In this document: piece after piece, positions 18,475 through 30,189 of the stretch
Position numbering within the stretch: the first letter of the stretch is position 1
How the letters are laid out: each line of letters opens with the position of its first letter
DNA from: Chrysomallon squamiferum
Lineage: Eukaryota > Animalia > Mollusca
Assembly: GCA_012295275.1 (NCBI GenBank)
Contig: CM022678.1
Location: 17,608,001-17,672,000 of the forward strand
Direction: 5' to 3'
Length of the DNA stretch: 64,000 nt
The notes under the pieces: model-generated
What the model saw: the letters and a program-made list of their open reading frames with translations, nothing else
Database searches by the model: none
Told to the model about the DNA's origin: nothing
Translations under genes and position numbers: made by a program

Positions 18475-20803
18475 CATAATTATTTATTTATTATTATTAT
18501 TATTATTAATGTTATAATTTGTTACAAACACTAACATGTCACTCAAACAACAAAATAATATCTTGAAAATATAAAGAATTTTATTAGATCTTATATTAGT
18601 ATCACGATAGGTGCATTTAAAATTATATTTCTTTTTCAGTTTCATCTTTTAATACTGCTAATGACATTTGCTAATACAAGTACTTATAAAGGTCTTAAAT
18701 ATAACAAAATTTCAGCTAAAAACCTACTCTTTCCTGTACTTGGTACATTAAGAAGGTTTTAGTTATGTTTAACTATTAACTAACTGTTACTGGTGACATG
18801 GAAAACCCTGCAGAAAAAAAAAAAAAAAAAACCAGCTTTCAGTTTATCTTCGTATTTACAAAACTGAAAAATTATTAACAAAATTTACAAAAAATATTAA
18901 CGTAATTTACACATGATAATTAACATAGTATATACACGATGATTAACATAATATATACACGATGATTAACATAATTTATACATGATGATTAACATAATTT
19001 ATACATTATGTTTTTTAAAAAAAATTTAGAGGAAAGTTTTATCTTACATATAACAATATAATTTGTACATTAAAATAGTAACCATATATACAAATAACAA
19101 TATGAATGTACATTTATAGCTAACAAATATATACATAACAAACAAACAAAATTTACAGGAAAATGTTTTGTGACAAATTTAACAAAAGAGTATGAAACAT
19201 GAATACTGTTCTTAGACAATGCTTCACAAAACAATTATTTTAAATTTATTGAGCCTAAGACCAAACCAAATAATAAATTCAGTTTTCAACAATAATTTCT
19301 TGCTTGTAACAAATTCTGTGCACTTTGTTACATGTGCAAGTAACCTAAATATATTTTGTCAAGAACTGGAACTACATTTGAAATGTGTCTATCTATCTAT
19401 ATATATATATATATTTAAAAATTTCAGTTATATAATTCAGTTTCAATTTGATATATATATATTTTCCAAGTTATTATTTCCTTTATATTGATGCTCAAAC
19501 TTTGATAATAATTAAGTCAGACAATAAACAAAAGAACTTGTGAAAAAGCTAGCATTTTTGCATCTTTTACATTATTTTGTACTTAGAAATGTAAAAAAGT
19601 CTATAGCAGGCTGAGGGGATACTCACCATTGCAGTAATTTACTCAGTCTGTTAAGGATTGTTTTAATGTCTGGATATAATGTAATGAAAGTAATGCCATC
19701 CCTCATGCAGCCTGCCAAATTCCTTTCATTATTATTGTTGTAGTTGTTGTTGTTGTTGCAGTTGTCATGCTTAATTGTTAGAAAAGATTAGTTACAAGTG
19801 ACAAATAAAATCTTGTTTTGGACTATTACAAAATTATTTACACCTGTTGTAGGCATCACCAAAAGTTAACATAACAACAGTTATTTTTTTAGAAAAATAC
19901 CAGAATCATCTCTTATACAATATAGACTTTGTTTTTATATTTTTTTAAGTTTGTGTCAAATAGTCCGATAATCCATCTTTGGTGAACTGATTTGTTCAGT
20001 GTAAAAATAGTCCACATCTATAATGAAAATTCTTTTATCACTTGTTAGTCATTTCATAAATAAACAAACAAACAAATAAATAAATAAATAAATAATAAAA
20101 CTCTCCTGTCATAACAAGGAAAATGTTTTTACTTATTATTTATTTATTTTTTATTTATTTATTTTTTATAAACTTTTATTTTATTGTTTTAAAATATATT
20201 AACTTGCATCTATATAGTGTGAATAGTACCTTTAAAACTTGGTTACATGATCACAGCTGGTTGATTTTTACTGTAACTCAACCTTTACTACTAATAAAGT
20301 ATGACTACGAAACAAATTCAAAATGGATGCATGGAGGCATCCATTATTCTTTATTTTGTGACAAAGAATAGAATCTCCTTCAATACTTTACTCTTCCTTG
20401 TAATCTTTTTCTCTCTTTCTCTAAAAATAAAGGAAAATGGCAACCTCCATGTATTTGTTCAAACTTGTTATTATTCATTAACAAAGACTGGTATATATTT
20501 TTGGACTTGTTATGTTGCTGTTATATTTTATTTTTTATTAGTAAAAGTTTGGTGTACTATTTTTTCTGTCATATTTTAATTAGTTGTACCGATTGGTAAT
20601 GTTATTTTTGTTGATTGTCTGGTGTTGATTTCCTCTCACATTTTATTAATAATATGATCTATACCATTTTCAAATTTAGTTATTTTGAAGTTGTACTTCA
20701 TTGTTAGAAAAGGTTGGTTTCTAGAACAATGAAAATACACTTTTTTTAAGAAGCATACAAGGACAGTTTTGTGAAGGAAAACAGAAATATCAGTTTACAA
20801 ACG

Positions 20804-21331
20804 TCACGAGCTGTTCTCATTCATCTCTGGTGAACTCTTTTTAAAACGATGATCTACAATTTTCACACTGGTGTTTGCAGACGTCGAGTTCAGCTGAGTT
20901 GCTTCCCTTGGACTCTTAGACTCAGTCTGAGCAGCCTCACAGGAAACATTTTCCAACAAACTCGAATCTGAAACGACACTTTCCGTCCTCGACGTTACCG
21001 TGGACGATGAACCCGACGTCTGAGGTTTAGCATCTTCAACTACTGCTGCAGATGCGACATGCATTTCTCCGGTTTCCGTTTTCTCCTGTCTCTGAGAAGG
21101 ATCTGCAGAAAAAACGTCTTTAGCTGCTTCTGTTTGCTCCTTGCTGTCTGAAGCTGAGGTGCAGACTGCTGCTGCTGTGTTTGAAGGTTTAAACGTGTGG
21201 TGAAAATGTCGAAGCATGCTTGTCGTGGAATGTGTTGCATGGTGGGCCTTGAGGTCGTCAGCCTCGACAAACGTGTCACCGCAGAGACCACAGATGTAAG
21301 GTCTTTCCTGCGTGAACGAGAACGATTCAAA
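20804..21331 (-). CDS. HIVEP: Schnurri terminal coding exon
   Basis: [26 protein letters not shown] then a low-complexity tail to TGA at 20804-20806. Confidence 0.9.
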   Translation of the reverse strand, partial: FESFSFTQERPYICGLCGDTFVEADDLKAHHATHSTTSMLRHFHHTFKPSNTAAAVCTSASDSKEQTEAAKDVFSADPSQRQEKTETGEMHVASAAVVEDAKPQTSGSSSTVTSRTESVVSDSSLLENVSCEAAQTESKSPREATQLNSTSANTSVKIVDHRFKKSSPEMNENSS

Positions 21332-21684
21332 CTGAAAAACACAACAAACAGCAGTAGTAGTAGCAGTAGTAGTAGTAGTAGTAGTAGTAGTTGTAGTAGT
21401 TGTAGTAGTAGTTGTAGTAGTAGTAATAATAGTAGTAGTAGTAGTAGTAGCAGTTGTAGTAGTAGTTGTAGTAGTAGTAATAATAGTAGTAGTAGTAGTA
21501 ATAGTAATAATAATAATAGTAGTAGTAGTAATAGTAGTAGTAGTAGTAATAGTAGTAATAGTAGTAGTTGTAGTAGTTGTAATAGTAGTAGTAGTAGTTG
21601 TAATAGTAGTAGTAATAGTAGTAATAGTAGTAGTAGTAATAGTAATAATAATAGTAGTAGCAGTAGTAGTAGTAGTAGTAGTAA

Positions 21685-21782
<98 letters not shown>

Positions 21783-21798
21783 ATAGTAGTAGTAGTGA

Positions 21799-21829
<31 letters not shown>

Positions 21830-21830
21830 T

Positions 21831-21873
<43 letters not shown>

Positions 21874-22018
21874 TAATAATAATAGTAGTAGTAGTAGTAG
21901 TAGTAAGTAGTAGCAGTAGTAGTAGTAGTAGTAGTAGTTGTAGTAGTAGTAATAATAGTAGTAGTAGTAGTAATAGTAGTAGTAGTAGTAGTAGTAGTTG
22001 TAGTAGTAGTAGTAATAA

Positions 22019-22056
<38 letters not shown>

Positions 22057-22243
22057 ATAATAGTAGTAGTAGTAGTAGTAGTAATAGTAGTAGTAGTGAT
22101 AGTAATAGTAGTAGTAGTAGTAACAGTAGTAATAATAATAATAGTAGTAGTAGTAGTAGTAGTAATAGTAGTAGTAGTAATAGTAATAGTAGTAGTAGTA
22201 GCAGTAGTAATAATAGTAGTAATAGTAGTAGTAATAATAATAA

Positions 22244-22276
<33 letters not shown>

Positions 22277-22353
22277 ATTTAATAATAGTAATAGTAATTA
22301 TAATTATAATAGTAATAAAAATAATAATAATAGTAATAATAGTAATAATAATA

Positions 22354-22395
<42 letters not shown>

Positions 22396-25300
22396 TAAGA
22401 GTATTAATTTAGAGTGACATGGGTAACTTGACTTAAAAAAATAAAAAACAAACAAACAAACAAACAAAAATGAAACAGCAGACAGTGTACCTGATAATGT
22501 TACCATAGTAACTGAATTACAAAATTTAAAGAGCATAGAATAGTGTTACTATGTAACTGAACAAACTAAAATAAAAATTACAAATGGTAGGTAATACAGT
22601 GTTAGCAATGTAACTGAAATAAATATAAATTAATAGGTAGAGTTTAGGATAATGTTACCATGGCAATTAACCATAAAATTAATAGTTAGTGAAGCATAAC
22701 GTAACCATGGTAACTGAAGTAACACATTAACAGCAAACAGCAATATAGCACAATGGTAACATTTCCACAGAATTAACAGAAAAGATGGTTACGATATTAC
22801 CATGAAAACTTATCTACAAACTAGTATCAAGAGGGCAACTTGTTACCATGGTAATTTATCTCCAAAATTAATAGACAGAAGATAGGATAACGGTACAATG
22901 GAAACATTTTTACCAATTATCAAGCACCAGTAACAGTGAAACAGTACATACCAGTTTGTGAGTGCGAAGATGAGAGCTGAGGGAGTGAGCGTTAGTGAAC
23001 CCTGCGTCACAATACTCACATACGTACGGTCGCAGTTCCGCATGAGTGATCAGATGAGACTAAAACATCGGAAAATAAAAAAAATATATATATACATACA
23101 AATAATTCTTGAAAACGATTTTATAACGTATAATTTAAGTTTTATATAATTTAAAACATCTATTATATCTGTCAGATTGCCCATTGTGTTACTTTCCAAA
23201 CCCAGCATTCCTCAGAATTTGTAGACATTTCAATATTCATTTTATTTGGCAATACCATCATAGAGTGAAAAAAATCAGGAAAAATTAAAAGAAAACCTAA
23301 TTTTTTATTTTTTATGTAAAAGGTGTAAATTAAGGTGTTTAGCTTAAAGGTTTTCACTGAAAAAGAAATGATGTTGTTTTATTAGAATTATCCTAGTTTA
23401 TCATCATTTAATACTTTTAGATAAATATTTATTATCATCATCATGATTTTAGACAATTCTTATACTTTTATATAACTATCATTATTTTATTATCATCATT
23501 ATAGTTATCATCATTATTTAAAACCATTTTTAGATAACTGTCATCATTTATTATCATCATTATTATCATCATAATCATTCAAAACAATTTTTAATACTTT
23601 TAATATATCTATCATAATTCAAAACAGTTTTTAATATTTTTAGATAATTATTTATCATTATCACAACCTTCATAATTTAAAACAATTTTCAGATAACTAT
23701 CATCATTTGTTACCATCACTTTCATTGTCATCATCATAATTTTAAACAATTTTTATTACTTTAGATAACTACTGACATCATCATCATCATTTAAAACAAT
23801 TTTTAATACTTATTATTATTATCATCATTCAAAAAAATTTGTATTACTTATTATCATCATTGAAAACAATTTTTAATACTTATTATCATCATCATTCAAG
23901 ACAATTTTAGATAACAATCATCACTATCATCACAATTATTATTTTAAAAAACCCGATACCTTCAGCTGATTAAGATCTCTAAAACTTGTTCGGCAGATGC
24001 CACACCTGTGGGGCCCCTCTGACACACCCAGTTGACACACCTCATCGGGAGCAGACGTCTTAGAAGCAGTCGTCATTCCACCTACTTCGGTGGTGTTCAC
24101 ATCAGCCACTGCAACAGCAACATCGCCCGCACCGCTAGTCTTCACTGAAGTCTGAGATAGAGTCATCGGAGAACTCGAGGAAGTGGAATTGTGGGTAATC
24201 GTTAACTCCAAGACGCTTTTGTCAGTTCTCGTGCTCTTCGAACTCGCTGAAAACCTGTAGGCACCGAGGTTGTTGTCACCACCGACGTTGTCGACGTCGC
24301 GTATGTCGAACAGTTCGATGGGTTTCTGGTTGATCTCCACGGTGACATGCTCGTTGGACGCTGTGTCGTGTTTCTCGTAGTCCAGCTTCTGGTGCACCTG
24401 GAAATGTTCCTCCATCGTGTTCTGCTTCGCCTTCGAGCCCCCCCCGACCACCTTCTGTTCGTTTTCACCTCTCCCCTCATCCATGGATGCCTCATCTCGC
24501 GTTTCAGACACAGCGACTGGCAGAATGTCTCTGTCTGACGTCTGCCGTTCTCCGTCTTCGCTCGTCTCCATTTCTGAGACGTCTTTGGCCGACTCCAGAG
24601 TCTGGAATGTCCCAGCTGGCAGCATGCCAAGTCGCTCCAGCGTTGTGACGTGAAGTTTCGACCTCAGGTGCTTTGTGAGGTCGTTTCCAGTGTCAAAGGT
24701 TGTGTCACAAAAAGAACACTGGAAGGACTTTGCTGCATCTGCTGCTGCTGCTGCTGCTGCGACTGGGCCTGTGTAGACTGTCTGTCATGACCTGAAGCAG
24801 AGTTATGTTCCTTTAGTAGCTCTTCTGTACTGAAGTCTTGTTTGCAAACGTCGCAGCTAAATTCATTCTGATGCACCTTGAGCCTGTGGGACAGAAATGA
24901 AATATTTTAAAATGACTGCAAATGAAATATTTTAAAATAACTACAAATGAAATATTCTAAAATGACTATAAATTAAATAAGTAAATATACACATACAACA
25001 AACACAAATATTAATCCACAAATTAAAGGAAAATGAATATATATATAAATAAATATGTATTTCAAATTAACACTAGTTTAAATTAAGAGAAATAAATATA
25101 AATAAAATTACAAAATGAATAAAAAAAAATTTAAAAAATAAATTTGTCAAATTAAACCTCAAACTAATATAAAACTCAAAATGAAAATAAATATTAATAA
25201 TGTAAGTAAATAAATAAATACATGTGTCAGATTAATCCATACACTTATATAAAATAACAAATGAAAAATAAATACATTTAAAATTAACATGCGTGTATGT

Positions 25301-28300
25301 ATATAAACACTATATAGTAAATATATATGTATAAATATCCACATAGTATATTATTCATTATAAAAAAGAAAATAAATATAAAAAAATATAAATTAAGGCC
25401 AGTGTAATTTTATCATTTGTTTACCTGTGAAGCATGAGAAGATAATTCTGATCAAATGAGCTCTCGCACAAGTTACATCTGTACTGATCTTTCCTCTCTC
25501 CCCCACTCCCCACGTCCCCTATGACGTAAACAATCTGCTGCTGGGAGCTGGAAGCGCCGTCTGTAGGACTGAGAATTATTGCCCCTTCCTTCAGCACCAC
25601 AGGAGAAGGTAACTCCGCATTCGACGATCCCTGAACGGGGTAAATGTAGACTATTTGTCCGTCCTCATTCTGTAACGTTTTCACTTCAGTTTCTCTCACA
25701 GAAGAGGAATTTGTTCTGTTTGACGAGGCCGTATTTACATCCATATTTGTCGATGATGATGATGATGATGATGAAGACACTGATGATGATGATGAAGGTG
25801 TGGTTACCATGGACACAAATGACTTCTCTGGCAGACTTTCTGTCGGGGTTGGGGTGAGGATTCCGCTGAAAGGGTGAGAGAACTGGAAGGGAAGGGAGAC
25901 AACTGCAGACGTCTGCGAAATGGAAACCGCAGCAGATGTCGTGGTCGCGGGGGCCGAGTTTGGCGACGCGAAAAACTGCTGCATCGTGGGTAATCTCGGA
26001 GCGGAGACGACAGGGTCCTGCAGAACCATCTGTCCGATGATGGGGCCGTGGTGCGCGCCGCGTCGCCGTGGAGACGGGACCGTGACATACGATGGAAGGA
26101 AGGCTATGAGAGACGGGTTGATGAAGTTGCCCTGGCGACCAGGGGTCGCTGGTGAGGTCAACATGACTGGTACCCCGACTGCAGTAGACTGGTTCTCTTT
26201 CGTTCCCGTGGACTGTGGCAGCGACACCATTGCTATGACAAAATTGTCGGTTGTGTGAACCTTAAATAAATAAAATATAAAATTTAAAAATTTAAAATTA
26301 AAATTAAAAATTTAAAATTTAATATAAAAAATTTAAAATTTAAAATTTAATATAAAAAATTTAAAATTTAAAATTTAAAATTTTAAAAATTAAAAATCAG
26401 TTTACGAGATCAGAAAATGAACAAAAAAAAAAGATCAAATCTTCTGAACTGATATAATATACATTTTAATAACTAAGAATTTAATAAATAAAATGCTTTC
26501 TTACTATATTATGTTAAAAATCAAAATTCAAAATCAATAATGCATACTATATTAATCATTATAAATAAGTAGATAAATATTCAAAGTAATAACAAAAAAA
26601 ACAACTATTATAATAATAATAAAAACAGTAATAATAACAATAACAACAATAACAATAATAACAATAATAATTATAATAATAACGATAATAACAATAACAA
26701 CAACAACAAACATATGAGTATTGAATAATATGAGACAAAAATATATTAAAAAAAAAAAAAGAAGAAATAAATAAAATAAAAAATAAAAATGAAAAAAGTA
26801 CAAACCTCAACAGAAGAACCAGGATCACTTGCTTGAGAAATCTTCATCAATAATGGAGAGTTGTCTTCCTGTGGCTTGAGACCAGAAAGAGGCTTTGTCC
26901 TTGACATTAACGCTCCAATAAGACTATCAAGCCTGGTGATTCCTGAAAAATAAATATAAATATAAATATAAATATAAATATAAATATTTAATTTATTTAT
27001 TTATTTATTTATTTTCTAGTGAATATTTCAATCTGGTTTAAATGTATTTAAGAACATGTGTGTGTGTGACAGAAGACTGAGTAAATATATTATTGTTGTG
27101 TGTATGTACTAATATTCTGTATACAGATACATTAATATTGTTTATCTAATTCTATGTATTATCTACAAATGATATATAGATCTGTGTGTCAAATAAATGC
27201 ACATACATATACATATTCATGAGCATGGAATATATTTATTCAAGTAGAACTGCATATATATGAGTATAATACACATGCACACACACATTTATTTACATAC
27301 ATACATACATCCACATGTAGTATGTTAATGAATATATTCATTGTCTGGCTGTATATGCATGTATTTATGTCTGACGTCATTATGCATGAACATGTGTGTG
27401 TGTCTGTGTCAATTTATGTATGTGTGTATGTCAATGTGTGTGTGTGTATGTGTACATGTGTGTTTGTTTCTGGGTACATGTAAATAACAACTAAAAGAAA
27501 CAAACCTCGTTGAGCCTCTGTCTGGGACAAATCTGCAGACGCAGATTCTCCTTTCTCTGCTTTCTTTGACAAATCCAGCAGACTCCGAGCTATCTCCGTG
27601 TCGATGTTTCGTGACGTGATCTCCGTCTCTGAAAATACCAAACAGCACAACATCACTTAGTATTTCAATGTATAATGTAATATAATGTAAGGTAACAGTA
27701 ATTTATAGCACAATAATATACGATATTATTACAATTATCTCTCAGTCGATTTTTCATGAAGTGATTTCTGTCTCTAAAAATATCAATTATTTAAACATCA
27801 AAACAACACAATATCACTTTAATGTATAATGTAATATAATGTAAGTTAATAGTACATTATAGCACAATAATATACGATATTATTACAATTATCTTTCTGT
27901 TGATGTTTTTGTAATGTGGTATCTTTTTTTGAAAGTTCCACAATTTTAATTATTTAAACAATGCAGTATTATTACAATATAACTTATTAATTTAATAAAT
28001 ATAATGTAATATAGAGAAAAGTAACAGTAATGTATAGTACAATAATATACATTATTAGTAATGTAATTTTATTAATATATTATATATAATAATTTATAAT
28101 ATAATGCAGGATTAACATAATATAATATTAATAATGCATACACAATGACATATATTTTGTTTAAAATTTTAATTAACTTTTTATACTACATTAATTAAAA
28201 TTTATGACCATGATGACATTTTTATTTTATAATTTAATGATATTCAAGTTAAAAAGTACATAAAATAAATTAAAATTTGTGCTGTTACATTATACAGTTG

Positions 28301-28895
28301 TCATTATTACTGTCATATTGAAATAAAATGATAGAAAAATTAATCATATGACAAAAATTCAAATTAAAAAAATCTATGTAAGAATGTATGGATGTATGTT
28401 TGTATGTATGTATGTAGGTATGTATGTACATGCATATATGCATATATGAATGTAGGTAAGTATTTATAAATTATTATTATTAATTTTGAAAATTAAAACA
28501 CATGGGTGAAAAAATTGTAAAAATTATTTTTAATTTTGAAAATAAAAAATTTAAAATTAAATGGATGATTATTGAAAAAAGAAATTTAAAAAGAATGAAG
28601 ATATGGCTCACAGAAAGTAAAATGAATAAATGGAAAGATAAATACTGGAGAGATTGAAGAATGGATGAAAACACACAGACAAATGCAAGATTATAGATGG
28701 ACAGATGGATCAACAGATGAATGAATGGAAGCATGGTTGAGTAGATGGATGGAAGGACTGACAGATGGATGAATGAGTGGATGGACAGACAGACAAGAGG
28801 ACAACTTACCAGATTGTTCTCGTACTGTTGTGGATATTTCAGCAAATGTGAACAAAGTGTCCGGTCTGAAATAAATAAATAAGTAAGTAAATAAG

Positions 28896-28934
<39 letters not shown>

Positions 28935-29087
28935 GTAAATAAATAAATAAATAAATAAGTAAATAAATAAATAAGTAAATAAATAAAAAATAAATAAACA
29001 AATAAATAAATAAATAAATAAATAAATAAAAATAAATAAATAAATAATGAATAAATAAATAAATAAATAAACAAATAAATAAATAAA

Positions 29088-29136
<49 letters not shown>

Positions 29137-29314
29137 GTAAATAAATAAGTAAATAAATAAAAAATAAATAAACAAATAAATGAATAAATAAATAAGTAAA
29201 TAAATGAATATGATTAAATAAATGAATAATAAATAAGTAAATAAATAAGTAAATACATAAATAAATAAATAAATAAATGAATTAAATAAATAAGTAAATA
29301 AATAAAAGCAAAAA

Positions 29315-29365
<51 letters not shown>

Positions 29366-29417
29366 ATATATAAATAAATAAATAAATAAATATAAATAAA
29401 ATAAATAAATAAGTAAG

Positions 29418-29460
<43 letters not shown>

Positions 29461-29513
29461 GTAAATAAATAATAAAATAAATAAATAAATAAATAAATGA
29501 ATAAATAAATAAG

Positions 29514-29548
<35 letters not shown>

Positions 29549-29554
29549 AATAAG

Positions 29555-29609
<55 letters not shown>

Positions 29610-30154
29610 AAATAATTAAGTTTAAATAAATAATTAAAGAAGTAAATAAATAAATAAGTAAATAAATTAAATAAATAAAACAAATTATTTAAATGAATAT
29701 ATAAATAAATAAATAAATAAAACAAACAAACAAAGAAACAAAAAAACAACCAAATAAATAAGTAAATAAATAAATAAGTAAATAAATAAAATTATAAATA
29801 TCTGACATATATAATAATTTCTGGTTAATAAGAAAAAAACATATTATAGATAGATAGATGGATAAATAAGCTTTAGTCTAAAACAAAAATACAACTTTAT
29901 ATTCAAACAAGTATTCCATTTAATAACTTACTATTTAATAAAGAAATTCAAACAGTTAGTAGTGATAAACGTCTGTTTTAAAATTTAAATTAAAACAAAT
30001 CTTGCCTTGTTGCCTGCTTTGTTATGGGAACAAGTGCAGGCTGGTTGCTATCGGTAACCTGAACAGCAACAAAAACTGGAGATGCAGGTTTCTTTTCTGT
30101 TTTCTCAGAACAACTCATTTCTGTGTCTTCACTAAATAAACACAAATAGACAAA

Positions 30155-30189
<35 letters not shown>

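Noticed and set aside
21197-22412. Long poly-Ser / poly-Val ORFs
   Set aside because: Translations of an intronic (AGT)n microsatellite.
28480-29749. FIYL-repeat 'membrane protein' ORFs
   Set aside because: Translations of (TTTA)n.
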